A stretch of DNA of 64,000 nt from Takakia lepidozioides. Taxonomy: Eukaryota; Plantae; Bryophyta. Every line of letters starts with the position of its first letter. The stretch's first letter is position 1. This document shows, piece after piece, positions 11,990-24,853 of the stretch. Below the pieces are notes generated by a model, which made no database searches, had not been told where the DNA came from, and saw nothing but the letters and a program-made list of their open reading frames with translations. The stretch covers positions 60,326,001 through 60,390,000 of the forward strand of contig CM060734.1 in NCBI GenBank assembly GCA_030704615.1. The letters run 5' to 3'. Both the position numbers and the translations under genes were made by a program.

Positions 11990-12769
11990 GTTTGCATCTG
12001 CTTATCAGCGTCTGAGAGAGCGGCAAGAAGCAGGGCAGGAGAAGCAGCGAGTCGCAACGGCGGTGGCTGGAAGGAACAGTGCACTCCGTGCGCTAGCCAA
12101 GCGAGTGCGTGATGCACAGCAGGTGCTGGAGGCGAGTGTGGAGGAGATGTCGGAGTTCAAGCGCGGCCGGCTTGGCAGCAGCTTGGATATACAGGAGTTG
12201 GTCTCATATGCACACAAAATCAGCTATACTACATTTGCCCACCTGAATTTGCGTCAGGTTTAGTCCCGATGCGAAGTGCCTTGCCTCCTGCCCCCCAAGA
12301 TGAGCAAATGCGTGCCTCTATGCTGTATCAAGCCAATGGCCTGGATTTGGGTCTTTCCAAATTGGTAGCTCCTGTACCCTCCCCGCTTGTACCCACTAAA
12401 GATGCGGTAGTTGTGAAAGTGGAAGGGTCTGTCACAACACTGGAACCTGTGGTGCCTGCGGGATGGCAGCCTGGGATGCCTGTTCAGCTGCTGTCAGAGC
12501 TACCGCCAATGCCAGCAGGTTGGAAGATTGGTGATCCCATTCCATTATCCCTGGGTTTGGATATGCTCCCTTTGCCTCCAGGGTGGAAGGCTGGGGATGC
12601 TGCTCCAGTTTTTGCAGGCTTGCGGCCCAAAGCTCCCGCTGCCCCCGCTCCTGCACTAGGAGTCATTCACATGCCATTTGTCCAGCTCGACCTCAACCCT
12701 GAGCTGGAAGATGACTTTGGCAGTGATTATGGCAGTGACGAAAGCAATTCAAAAGAAGACGATGAGTGA
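11990..12769 (+). pseudogene. MED4: Mediator subunit 4 fragment (5'-truncated, 1-bp frameshift near 12240)
   Basis: [15 protein letters not shown](P)PEF...LPPAPQDEQMRAS and the Pro-rich PAGWQPGMPV / VQLDLNP acidic tail match plant MED4. Confidence 0.8.
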
Positions 12770-12963
12770 TTTGCGTTTTTCTACTGCTGCATATCAAATG
12801 TTACTCGAGAAGGCAGAAGCTGAATCCTAGCACCACCCTGCCCATTCCAGCCTGTACATCCTCGTCAGTAGCTATCTTGGCATCTGCCGCTTGCTGCTAC
12901 CTACGGTGCTTCTCCGTTATCAAGCCATGGTTTGTTCACAGTCCCGCTCAATCCATTGCCCGA

Positions 12964-13275
12964 TTAATGCGGCTGCTGCTTCTGAGCCTTGTTGACTCGT
13001 ATGTGTGAAATGACGAGCATGTCGACAGCAAGACCCTTCACCTCAACATTGCTCTCTATTTTCTTCAACAATCCAAGCAAGAAAGTAACATACTTCACAG
13101 GCCATAGTCCCTGTCCATTAGAATGTCGCGACTTCGCTTGAGCTGTGCGACGAACACCGCCACAGAAATGGCGGAAATGAATCGCTTGTTTGTAGGCGAG
13201 CACATCTTCCAAGTACCGCTTGGCCTTCGCAAGCTCAAAGTGCTTGATTGCTTGTGCTGCTTCTTCGGTGTTCTA
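12964..13275 (-). pseudogene. RPL17: 60S ribosomal protein L17 (uL22) internal fragment, intronless, diverged
   Basis: [44 protein letters not shown]...[25 protein letters not shown]. Lacks both termini. Confidence 0.85.
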
Positions 13276-13576
13276 ATGCATTGCTGCTGCGGCTGACGAG
13301 TTGGCAGATCACATGAACAAAAATGCCAGAGCCTGCACAATGAAGAAAGTTGAACAAAGTCCGCACTGGAACTCTACTGTTGATGATGCACTTGACATCT
13401 TTCTAACTAAAGATTACATGAACACATATAATCACTTCTCTGTCTCCAACCAGCTTGTCACAAACATAATCTACAAACCACCATAATTTTCTTCTCTCAC
13501 TATCAAAACAAAAACCACAAGTGCTAAAACTAAACTCACCTCTGGCACTCATAGATGCAAGCTCATCTCTCTCGAG

Positions 13577-13926
13577 TGATTGAAAACTAAAATCACATTG
13601 TTGACACAGAAACACTCAATACAACACAATCACTCATTAAAATAGTAGTCGAGCCAGGGGCACCCCAAGCTATAGGGACTCCACCCCACAACATCATATT
13701 CTCCCTTCATAAATACACTCAGATTCTAAGCAGTGAAGGAGTTCGGTCGTGCAGGCTCAACTCGAGAGAGATGAGCCGCACGACTGACGCGCTCGTGAGG
13801 ATAAGATGGTTCAGGTGTCAAACTAAACTTGACACCTGACTTAACACTTGAACTAAATCCAAGTGTTAAATACAAATAACTAGATTTATTCTAGTTAGTT
13901 TCACACTGTGTTTATTTAACTTGACA
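13577..13926 (-). repeat. LTR segment homologous to the central part of the copy-B LTR (possible 5' terminus of copy A)
   Basis: Aligns end to end with 58200-58548 in the same orientation. Begins TGTCAAG on the minus strand. Confidence 0.8.
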
Positions 13927-14856
13927 ACCCATTTTCCAGGGTATAGGTCTCATTTGTTATTGATGACATGGTGTGAGCCCGGACAAGACAAGCATGAGTC
14001 TAGCTGGGCTCAAGCTCACAGCCTAAGCCCACGATATAGCTTCATGGACAAGGTAAGTGTGCTTCGACAAGAGGTTTTTTTAAAAAGAAATATATATTTA
14101 TAAGATAATATATATTTATAATGGTTTAATTTTTATTTGAAATTTTAAATAAAATATAAAATCATGGAAAAATTTAAAACATAAAATATGAACAATTTTA
14201 AAATAAAATTATATTCAACCAATTAATTATATAATATATTACAAAGACGATAAATAGTCTGACTCAACTCCATGTTAAAGGTAGGTTCTACAAGAGTTTT
14301 TTCTAAGTCAATTTTTTATAAATTCAAAATATTTATATATAGAGGCTAAAAAGATGTACGTTCATGTAATATCTATCAAAAGTTTGTTGATGTGTATTTA
14401 TAGATTTATTCAAATTTTTAATCATCCCAAATATAGACAAGGAAAAATTCCAATATTAGGAGGTTTTATCATATTTATAATATATATGTACTCTCATAAT
14501 GTACGAATAATTTGAAACACAAAACCAATAGATTGATCTTCTAAGGTTTTGAAAAACTAAGCAAACCATTGCTTTTTGTTTACTGATTTTATCATAATTA
14601 ATATGTAGAAGTGCTGTATTTTTATATTGAATATGTGAAGAAAACAAAAGAAAGATAGAAAGTCATAGAGCAGATTTGAAAAAAAAATCCATATAATCAT
14701 TTTTTTCTGCTTTTTCTCGGGCAGCTTAAAAAAGCTCGATGGTTGATGTGGCTGATGACAACAATTTAGCACTATGGCACCCTATTCCTGCTCTACACTA
14801 AAAGTACAAGGCGCCATGGGCTGCCCCATACACCCCTACATGAATCGCCCCAAGGG

Positions 14857-14972
14857 TTAAGTATAGGGTAATGTCCTGAGTGGAGGGCATTCCTGGATTT
14901 AAGGGCCTGACGCCGAGGGGAAGGCCCGAAAATCCGGGAATGTCCGACACGAGGGGCATTACCCTGCGTTAA
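14857..14972. repeat. Imperfect ~100-bp fold-back (MITE-like hairpin)
   Basis: AGGGTAATG...GGGCCT pairs with AGGCCC...CATTACCCT. TTAA at both outer ends. Confidence 0.6.
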
Positions 14973-16183
14973 GAAATGCCAAAGAATTTTTAAAAAAAAA
15001 TCTAATTATGGCCAGTGCATTCTGCATTTCGGATGCACTCGAGGGAGCTGATGGGGTGCATTCCGCCAGGTGGAATGCACCCCGACGAATTCAGCTTTTT
15101 AACGGCACGATAAATACAAACAATTTTTTTTGGCAGTGCTTTAGTCATTAAAGAGGCGTTACTGGCTTAGATAGAATATTTGTAAGGGCCGCCCCCACGG
15201 AATTACTCCTTGCTAGGATAAGGGCGCCAAAAAAGGAGAGGGCCATCGAATTTTGCATCGCCCCTAATTGCCACGTTTGTCTTTTCCTATAGCAAGGCCG
15301 GCAGCCTTACGGAATGCTATTGATTTTCATACAAAGCAAGTTCGATAAGTTTAGGAGATAAGATAAAGTTTCTTTAACGTCCAGTGAATGAATTTTGACA
15401 TCTTCTTATAATAATAATTATTTACTATGTCATGGGCCCACATGGCAATTTGTGCCATGATTTTAGGGGGTGAATGGAAAGGTCTCCGTGGGACCACCAT
15501 TTCTCATTTTTAAGGGGTGATTCTTTATAGGGGGGAGGTTGCTTCGGGCCGATTGGGAGTGCTCATGTGCTCATGGAACCTAGCACTTAAACTAGTCTTT
15601 GACCTTCAGTCTAAAATAAATACATGCCGACAGGCGAGATGGGAGCAGCAGGGGTGGGGGATCCCGGCCTTGCCAAAATTTAGGGCCAGGCAGCTAGGGG
15701 GCAGAATGGCCCGGCCTTAACCCTTCCATAGAACGCAGTCTTCTCCCAAATCTACAGCAAATTAGACCAATATTTTGTTTTCCATAAATTTTCCTCCTTC
15801 CTAGTCTGATTTTGAGTCATTATTATTTATTTGCCCTCCCATTGTAATTGAAGGAAATGGAAAACTTATTGTTATTTATTGAAAATGATATTATATTGAG
15901 CTGCATCGCCATTGTTTTCCTGCTTCCTAAGCAACTATTGTTTCTTTTACATAATTTATAAGTCATCCACTTAAGATCAAGGAGTACGGTTTTCAGCAAA
16001 CCTGATCTGAGACAGCCATAAATTTGGCCATCATGGATCCGATGCCCACCTTTCCATAAGTGAAGAGGCTATATTATTTTAAAAGACTCAAGAAATCATT
16101 TGACAAAGACATCATTCATTATAAATTTTTATACCACAGCTTTAGGATTAACCAGAAGGGGATTCACGCCCCTTCTTTTCACA

Positions 16184-16519
16184 CTACAGGGTATGAAATG
16201 TTGGTCTCTTCGAAGCAATGGCATGTCCCAAAGGCCCTCTCGCAAGGCCGCCGCCCACTTTCGAGGATTCTTCGATCTGGTGGCAGTCCGCATCAGCATT
16301 TCTTGCCTGTCCGGCCCCAAGCCCCACTATTTCCCTTTCAAGAACTCGTTGTACCTGCTTTGCTACATAATTGACCTCACAATGTCCTCCGTTGTGGGCA
16401 GTGAGGATGTCCACCAGATGCGCCGCAGAGGAGGCACGCCATGAAGAATGCACTGATTCGGCCATGTTTGTCGTGGGCATGTCAGTGTCAGAGTCGAGAC
16501 ACATTTCCTGCACAAGCAC
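16184..16519 (-). pseudogene. MULE transposase fragment (catalytic E region)
   Basis: MPTTNMAESVHSSW resembles the T(T/N)NxxESx(H/N) motif of Mutator DDE transposases. Confidence 0.6.
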
Positions 16520-17780
16520 ATGTTGAGGTTACAAGCAAGTTACAAATAATGCCATGATGTATAGGCAATTTGTTATAATGGAATTTCTACACTTATTTCA
16601 AAGTATTTCCTCATAGTCATCTAAGCTCTCTGGCACAAAATTCACTCATGCTACAACTTGCTTGTCTATTATCTTGCCATGATTCCTCTTTAATTCAGAA
16701 CCTCTCCTCCTCTTCAGTCTTTGATCTGTTTTTTTTTTTTTTTTTCCTCCCCATTCCTTTTCCAACTTTGGTGGCCTTCAGGTTGTTTGAGAGACACCCT
16801 CTCATTCACACCCACTCATTGGTTGATCCACAACGTCCAGCCTGACACCTTTTGATTTCCAGGTCACAATCAATATTTCCTCCGAATACACTCTTGGGAG
16901 CCTTAGGGAATATCAAATATTGGGACATAGAAATGCCATTTTTAAATGAAATTGTTCAGCATCATTAATTCTGACTAGTAGCAATCACGAGTATTGATAA
17001 GAGTAGATCTCCAGTTCAATTTCATATTTATTGAAGGAATTTCATATTAACAATCTTTCAACTTATATTTCACTTAACATCAAAATTACCATTAAAACCA
17101 AAAGCATCCATGTGTTTGACAACATGCTATACATTGACTCAACAATCTTACTACATCCAGAACATGTAAGTAATGTCCAGTTGCCGACCGCCACCCATCA
17201 CCGCAATTATCCTCCTACACAACCAGAATTTATTTTTTTATTTTTATTTTTTAAATTCTAAGGAGGGGAGGGGGGACGGTGTCCTCAAAAACCTTTACTA
17301 ATATAGTGGGGGATTTTTGGAAAACCCCAAGGAGATAACCAGCATAGTGGCAAATATTTACCATGTTAAAACAAAGAGATATAGATAAAGATAAAGTTTC
17401 TTTAACATACAAACGAGACAAACATTAGTAAATAATGTTCTATTTCCAATAAAGCGCTGTAATTAGGCAGTAGGAATAGCTACCCCGTATCGACTAAGTC
17501 GCGGACGTACTCTGACACCGATGTGGGGTTTTTGTTTTTTTTTAAAGAAATTTTCTTGTTAATATGCCGGATCTTATGAGCTGTCTTTGAAGTGCTAAGA
17601 ATTGTTTGTCATATAATGGTTTGCCATGTGGGGCTACATTCCAAGCATGCTAGCGGGTATTCCAATGCTTACGCATGAGCGCATAAACTTTCCCTCCTTT
17701 TTCTCCTTCTCCCTCCTCTAGCCTTCTCTTCACGAGGAGATGACTCGATCATCAATGCTTGTACCAACCTTGATGCCCAA

Positions 17781-19826
17781 ATGGCAATCTTGCAATTGCG
17801 ATTATGTTTGGAGTGGATACGGATAGTGAGTTTTGCACTTCTCATGGCATCCAGCTTGGTTGCCTGCAGTCCTAATACCAGCTTTTCATTTACCACTTTT
17901 TCCTCAGTTGATCAGATTGTCACTATTTCTGATGCCAATGTGATGCAGGGAGGTATAGTGATGAATCTTGACGGATTTGCGCATGTTGCACCAACTAGTG
18001 GTAGGGCTTTATACGGAAATGCAGTTCGATTACGGAATAGTTCTATGGCGGCCTCCTTCAGTACCTCCTTCACTTTCTCGATAGACACTTCGCAAAGCAG
18101 TGCGGGAGCCCATGGCATGGCGTTCATTATCGTGCCTGACAATGCAAGTGTGGGGGATCCCGACAAGTATTTAGGTATTCTGACTGCATCAAACAATAAT
18201 CGGCCTGACAACCATGTTTTCGCAGTCGAGTTTGATAACTGGATGGACAAAGAATTTGATGATCCAAGTTTTTCTCATATAGGTGTTAACCTCAATAGTA
18301 TGAATTCATCTCACAGCCTTAGTTTGTGTGCTTCCAACAATATAAATTGTAGATATTTTGTAAATTCAGATAATTTTACTGCCTCTATTCATTACGATGG
18401 GGCAAACAAGACGCTTCTAGTGCTCATGGGATCAAACAAGGAAGATAGTGTATCTCTAGGGCCATTGGACTTGGACTTGTTCAGTATCTTCCAAGACTAC
18501 ATGTTTGTGGGCTTCTCCGGAGCCACTGGGGGTTACGTCGAGAGACACACAATTCACGCTTGGAACTTTAGTAGCAGTATGCCAGAAAGCTCACGTGGCC
18601 CATCGCTGAGTCCAAAATCCAAACACTCTAATGTCATTGAAAATGTAATTATCATCACATGTGTCAGTTCTGTACTTGGTATTCTCCTAGTAGGAGGTCT
18701 CATATTATGGATCATGCGCCGACGGATAAAGCATGTCAGTAAGATATATAGTAGTAGGAAAGCTTTGGATCCAGTGGGACCACTGGACGACCTATATGAA
18801 CAATTTCAAGTCAGTGCCCGACGGTTTACTTACAAGGAGCTCAGAATTGCCACAAAAGATTTCAATCCTCAGGAGGTGCTAGGGCGAGGGGCATTTGGGA
18901 TTGTGTACAAGGGCACTTTGCCCGACACAGGCACTGTGGTAGCGGTGAAACAGATAGCTGAAGATTCTCGGCAAGGAGAACGTGAGTTCTTGGCGGAACT
19001 GTCAATCATCAGCAGAATCCGACACCGTAACTTGGTGAGCCTAAGAGGATGGTGCCATGCGAAAGGCAAACTAATTCTCGTGTATGAATACATGCCAAAT
19101 GGAAGCCTCGAAAAGTTGTTGCGATATGAAGGGAATGGCAATGACGCTAAAGTCTTGCCATGGGACATCCGGCACAAAATTGTGACAGGCGTTGCAGCTG
19201 GTCTAGCGTACTTGCATGAAGAGTGGGAGGAGTGTATCCTTCATAGAGATGTGAAGGCAAGCAACGTGTTGTTAGATGCCAACTTCACTGCCCACCTTGG
19301 GGATTTTGGTCTAGCGCGGTTGATGGACCACAACAAGACAGCCCAGACCACCACTGCTGCTGGAACATTGGGATACCTAGCCCCGGAAACTTTTCAAACA
19401 GGAAGAGCGACCACGAAATCTGATGTTTTCAGCTTTGGGATTCTGGCCCTTGAGGTGGCATGTGGAAGGCGTCCTGTGGATTGGAATTTGCCCGAAACAC
19501 AATTGATTTTACTAGATAACGTGTGGAAAGCACATGAAGAGAATAATTTAGTCGCAATGGTGGACCCTAACTTAGGAAGTGCGTTTGATGCTGAACAGAT
19601 GATATCTCTCTTACGAATTGGTCTACTTTGCTCTCATCCTGATCCGCTTGCAAGGCCTACGATGAGGTTTGTTCGGCAGATTTGTTCAGGCGATGCTTCT
19701 CTTCCTCCCCTTCCGGTCTCACAACCAATAGTCCAGTACTCCGCACGTTATGAGGATAGCACATGGACAGAGTTTGTGTCCACAAGCAGCAAGCGACTCC
19801 AACCGCCTGTATTGCATGAGAGTTAA
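17781..19826 (+). CDS. L-type (legume) lectin receptor-like kinase, intronless
   Basis: Signal peptide, lectin domain (ASFSTSFTF, FAVEFD, MFVGFSGATG), TM helix, and kinase motifs GRGAFGIVY, VAVK, HRDVKASN, DFG, GTLGYLAPE. Intact 681 aa. Confidence 0.96.
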   Translation: MAILQLRLCLEWIRIVSFALLMASSLVACSPNTSFSFTTFSSVDQIVTISDANVMQGGIVMNLDGFAHVAPTSGRALYGNAVRLRNSSMAASFSTSFTFSIDTSQSSAGAHGMAFIIVPDNASVGDPDKYLGILTASNNNRPDNHVFAVEFDNWMDKEFDDPSFSHIGVNLNSMNSSHSLSLCASNNINCRYFVNSDNFTASIHYDGANKTLLVLMGSNKEDSVSLGPLDLDLFSIFQDYMFVGFSGATGGYVERHTIHAWNFSSSMPESSRGPSLSPKSKHSNVIENVIIITCVSSVLGILLVGGLILWIMRRRIKHVSKIYSSRKALDPVGPLDDLYEQFQVSARRFTYKELRIATKDFNPQEVLGRGAFGIVYKGTLPDTGTVVAVKQIAEDSRQGEREFLAELSIISRIRHRNLVSLRGWCHAKGKLILVYEYMPNGSLEKLLRYEGNGNDAKVLPWDIRHKIVTGVAAGLAYLHEEWEECILHRDVKASNVLLDANFTAHLGDFGLARLMDHNKTAQTTTAAGTLGYLAPETFQTGRATTKSDVFSFGILALEVACGRRPVDWNLPETQLILLDNVWKAHEENNLVAMVDPNLGSAFDAEQMISLLRIGLLCSHPDPLARPTMRFVRQICSGDASLPPLPVSQPIVQYSARYEDSTWTEFVSTSSKRLQPPVLHES

Positions 19827-20842
19827 GAAGTGTCAAGTCTTGAATCCGCCGGCCATCGTCTCTTTCTCTTTATACCACGTACTGTAAGACGATCTAATAC
19901 CAAATCTTCAAACACCAGACTCTTGACAACTTCCAAGTCTTTGAGCACCACTTCACTCTTGATTGAATCCCAATATTGACGGTTGCATCATGCCTGCTAG
20001 TTACTACCTTTGCCTTCCGTCAAGGCCATAGGGAGGAGGTAGCGGACTTAGAGATGAGATTCCGGGAGCTGATGCGGCTCCAAAATCCATTGACCAAGTG
20101 TGACGCAAATATGACGGTGAGAAAATGTTTCTTCACATATGCAAATAAAGTGACAGTTACAAAAGATGGCTACAAAGTTATTTTCAGGGACAGTTTCAGG
20201 AGTGTTTGAAAGAAAATTGTCATTGCGAGCCTATGAGGATGTGCCCATGGACCTTAAGGTATCTATCTGGAAGAGGCGTATGCATACCCACTGAACTAGA
20301 CGAGAACATTATAATAAAACCCCTCAATTGCCATTGATAAATCAAGCAGGTAGGGGTTACTCTAAAGATGAGAACCCATCTTTATTTGACTAGTGTCGCC
20401 TGTGCCATTGAACACATATTGTACAGTCATTTTATATTCCAGAAAAACCCAATTGGCTATGTTTCACAAATTCCAATGAGAAAAAACACTAACATTCAAT
20501 ATCTTCCACACCACATGTCTAAAAATTATAGAATGGCCTCAATGCACCCATCATACTCATTGAGGGCTTTCCAGCAGTAGCAAGAGCCAGGGTGGGGGCC
20601 TTGCGGTTTGGGAGATGTCCATTACGCTACAAACAATATTGTGAACATCGATATTCCACAAAAACCCAATTTACATTTATGACCATGTGCACGCAAGACA
20701 AATGAAGCTTTAGGGTGAATAATTGTTCCAAAAAAACCCAATTAACTGTTTTTCATGAATTTTATGACCAAAAGTACTTGAAATTCCATATCTCTCACAC
20801 AATAGGTCCAAAAATTATGAAAGTGCCTCATTGCACCCCTAC

Positions 20843-21931
20843 TCATTGAGGGCTTTCTAGGGGTACAAAGCACCAGGGCAGGGGCCTTGCGGTTTGAAAA
20901 TTCTTGATAGCCTCTGCTATCTTCTGATCCAAGGTGGTTTTGTCAATCACTTCTTTCTTCTTTTGCTTGGGCTTTTCTTCATCATCAGAGTCTTCTTCTT
21001 CCAAGAGATCCTTGGAATCTTTGCTTATGCTCTGATGGAATCCCAACTTCTTTGCGGCCCCTACTGCTTCAACCAAAGTGTTGTTAGGCATGACTGTAAC
21101 CATGGTTACGTATTCAGGACGAAGTCCATTGATGAACCATGATTTTTGCAAATCATCCCCTGGTGCTTGAGGTAGTTTCCTGATCAGAGTCTTCATTCTC
21201 TCCAGGTAGTCGACTACCAATTCTTTCGTTTTCTGTCTTAGGTACTGTAATCCTGTGAAGATTTCAGACGTGGATTTGTTGGATCTATATCTTTCTTGAA
21301 ACGCGGCTCTCATATCTGCCCAATTCGCAAAGTGATTGGCTGGGAAAGTTGCCAACCATTCAATGCATTTTCAGGCCATTGAACAAGGAAATAGTCGGAT
21401 CTTCTCTTGGTCTGTTGCTTCATTGTAAATGGTGCACATGTTTTCAAATTGATTAAGATGGATATTTGGATCAGATTTCCCATCATATAAAGGAAATGGT
21501 GGTCTGGTTTTGCTTGCTGCTAAAGCCATCGGTGTAGCTGGTGCAACTGGTGCTGCTGGTGCAACTGATTGTCCAAACTGGGATGGTCCCGCTGCTGCTG
21601 GCTGTGGTGGTGTTGGTGTTTGTCTTCCAAACAGTGATTCAAAGCTAGAAGGTCCTTGTCCCAATGATAGTCGTCTCCCAGCTGCTGTCCCTACTAAGCT
21701 TAATGAATCTTTAAAAGCTTTGAGTGCAGTTCTGGTTATCCTTTCTGGAGAAGTGCTTTCACTTCTTTCACCTTCTTCACTCAAAATGTTCTCAAATCTT
21801 TCTTCTAATATTTCAGCAAAACCTCTATTTGGGCTTGTTAATGTAGAAGGTCCTTCAGATCTTTCTTGTGGTAACCATTCACCAAGTACATTACTGGCAA
21901 CTTCTTCTGGTGTAGTGTTTTCACTTCCCAC
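20843..21931 (-). pseudogene. gypsy gag fragment (diverged relative of the 24-46 kb family), frameshifted
   Basis: PPFPLYDGKSDPNIHLNQFENMC...KIRLFPCS and SWFINGLRPE. Paralogous to 37401-37736 and 35768-36523. Confidence 0.85.
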
Positions 21932-22188
21932 CGATCCGATTTCCTGATCTTCTGGTTATCACTGTTTAATGTCTCACCTTGAATAATTTTCAAGTTCTGT
22001 AATTCTGGGAACTCTTCTCTTAACCGAGCTCATATGTAGAATTCCTTTTCAGTACCCTTTAAAACAGTCTTGGTATGTTAGTAAAGAAAATTTATAGTGT
22101 CTCTACCCTTTCTTCAAGACTCATCCTATCTTGCAAGAATCCGTATTACAACTTAATTTTCTTTTTTACTGATTGATCACCAAACTTT

Positions 22189-22428
22189 TTAATGGGCACA
22201 ATAATACCATCTGTCTTTTTCAGTGTATCTGACTTGCAATAAGTCTTTGGGTATCCAGTACTCCACTGCTTCTATGATCGTGTGACAATATTCATAATTT
22301 GAACATCCTTCTCTGAAAATATAACTAGTGTAACAAACTTTTCTGATTGGGATTAGAGTAATCAATAGAGCTAGACGAGACAACCACTCTTCACTTCTAA
22401 TCCTACATTCCCAAGGTGCTCGTATAAT
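22189..22428 (-). pseudogene. Fragment of the pre-gag ORF of the diverged gypsy copy
   Basis: WLSRLALLITLIPIRKV...VEYWIPKDLL aligns with WLPTLVYVIALLSIKRV...VKNWIPKDIL of 38587-39282. Confidence 0.6.
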
Positions 22429-22506
22429 TTAGAGATATCCAACTCTTCTATCTTGGAGTTTCCCCCTCGGATAGTGAAAGGATGGGTGAGTAAAAGCTGC
22501 TCGACA
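22429..22506 (+). repeat. 3' end fragment of a G2-type LTR
   Basis: Matches 30182-30259 and ends in ...CGACA. Confidence 0.8.
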
Positions 22507-23460
22507 CCGCACTAACAACTGATCTGGAGCAAACTGCTTTAGAAGTTAACAGACAATGAGAGAGATGTATGATAGCAGAGGCTGAGACAGTAGAGCAAGG
22601 GAAACTCATTGCTGATTTGAAGGCTACAATCCGTCGCGATGAGGATACTTTCCAACAATACAGTTAGGTTGAGGCTGAGAATGAAAGGTACATCCTGCAG
22701 TTGCAGCAAACACTCACGAGCCACAAAAATGAACTCTTTGTGGCTAACAAGGCTTGGAAGGAAGCCAATAATCTGACTGCTGCCTATGTGGCCTTGGTTG
22801 AACCTCATGCAAAGCGCATGCAGGCTTTACAGCAACAATTAGATATGTACAAACTGAAAGAGGGGCGGGCTCTCAGGGGTGCTACACAGGACTTGGTGGA
22901 TAATTATCTCATGCAAGTATGGTTAACATAAGGGCCGGTGGAAAGGAAGACACCAAGAAAGCTCACCCAGGGGGAGATGGATGATCTCAGATTACAGGTG
23001 CAGAACATTGTCACAACTATTATAGACAATGTCTATAGTAGAATAGCAGAGTTACAGGATGATGTGGAAGGGCTGCAGACTCAAGTAGATGACTTGAGTT
23101 CCAACATTGACAAACGAGTTTTTATTCTTGACAAGCAGTTGGTGGCTACTTATTTGCATGCTTGGACTCTGATTTTTCAGTCTTCTTCACAGGGGGTACA
23201 GGAGTTGCCGGTAGTAGGAGGGACAATGGCCGCAATATCACAGCCCCCACAGCAGGTGGCTGACACTATTGATACCATGCCAATGCCACAGTCTGAGGTT
23301 TGGGGGGATGCTGCTTTTCACCCACCTAGGACTCCTGCTGCACTTGACTATGATTATGCCCTTCAACCAAATTCCCATTGTGATGGATTTGGCTTGGAAG
23401 GAATTCAGTCCTCCACAGTCTTTGGCACACTATTACCAAATCATGCGCATTTGGCTGCCA
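22507..23460 (+). pseudogene. Diverged, decayed homologue of G2 extra ORF-B
   Basis: NKAWKEANNL, PRKLTQ.EM..LRLQVQNI and IMPFNQIPI.DLAWKEFSPPQS are shared with 26311-29217. Confidence 0.85.
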
Positions 23461-24853
23461 GGAGCGTAGCTACGGCGTGAGCCCAGCCCCATGAGCCTGG
23501 GAGCTGAGCTCACGTTCAAGCTACAAAGCGTGAGCTGAGCTCACGCTTCAGGGAAGCGTGAGCGGCACGAATCTGCTGGAGAAGCAGGTCCTATAGGCGA
23601 GGATTGCAGGAAGAGGGCATATTACCGTGGACAAAACAAAGGGGGCCACCACACACCATGTCTGCAATGCCCGCACAAAAAGAGGAATATGAAAACATGG
23701 CAGATTTGAGCTCAGAATGATTGTCACAGTTTATTTCAATTCACAGATAGACGCTTACAATGAATCGCATGTGCATTTGCCCTGGTTCCGTGAACGAAAT
23801 CTATATGTTTGTCATAAATGCAAAGTCTTCACACGGCAACCTGAAAACCAGCATGGGAAGCGGGCATGGCTCGTATGTGTTCAAAGAGAAGTTGGCGGAG
23901 CTCCACGCGAGGTGTCCCACTGCAGAAGGGTGTTCACTTCTCCGTAGCCTAGTGTGGCTTGGTGGATGAATTGGTCTCTCTTACCGTCGCAACACATAAT
24001 TACAAGGTATATGTAATATTGATGCTTGTAGGGGACCCACTTCCCTCTCATGCCGAGAGCGCCCTCACGCATCGTTACAAAGTCCGGACAAGTGCACGAA
24101 GGGAAATTCCCGATGGTAACCTAATATTCTTTGCCATGAAGAACTAACCCAATTGAAAGCACTGTGTAAATCCGTCCATACCCCGGGGAAGGGACTTCGG
24201 TGATACGAGACACCCGAGCCTGCAAAATTCTAGTAGATTCCATCTTGCATTCGGGATCTGCACCCGAAGCGAAACGGCGCACTGTTTTTCCATCTTTTTT
24301 TGTTGGGTGGGAGTCGGCACCGGGTGGCGGCATTGCCGGAGCATGTGGCACATCTGTGCCGACAGTGCATGAGGGCACCACCCGGGTCCGTGCAAGACAG
24401 AACCCTCCCTCCTCCAGCATGCTTATCTCGGTTGATGACAGCGACGTCCCAATTTTCACAGGCCAAATTGCGGGGGGAGGGGGTTTCATTATCACCGAAG
24501 GACGAACTGTTCCCTTCACGCATCGTGCCATATCGTCTGGGCAGAACCAAAATTTGTGGTCCTTTGACTCCCCACTATGATAAGGTCGGAACAACCCTGT
24601 GAATGTTGGAGCCGGAGTCCCCCTGGAGCCTTTGCATATTTTTGATTTGCATTTCTTGAATGAGGGGGTCCGAATTGCCATGCAAGCCACTCTAGATCCT
24701 GGTGGGGTGCGTTCTATATGCCAGTCACTATCAATGCAATCGGATTCCTGCACCATGGCCACCACCTCCTATGCAAATTGCTATGGAGAGCATATGCTGG
24801 TACGCCGGATCATACACATGGCACGCCATGGTTGTCCAACCCTTCACCCGTTT
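23461..24853 (-). mobile_element. Truncated MULE end with SWIM-domain pseudogene
   Basis: (C)ATGAGC/GTGAGC terminal repeats at 23475-23565. EVPSPGYGRIY...VTIGNFPSCTCPDF...VPYKHQYY is homologous to 6776-7195. Confidence 0.7.

Noticed and set aside
13341-13926. Solo LTR with TSD
   Set aside because: No matching 4-6 bp flanks found for any TG/CA boundary I tried.
20420-20900. ~290-bp diverged tandem duplication at the end of the gag fragment
   Set aside because: Appears real but looks like an ordinary local duplication, with no coding or structural signal.
24718-24853. N-terminus of the 526-aa ORF as a real start
   Set aside because: Lies in antisense MULE sequence joined to the gypsy fragment at a deletion junction.
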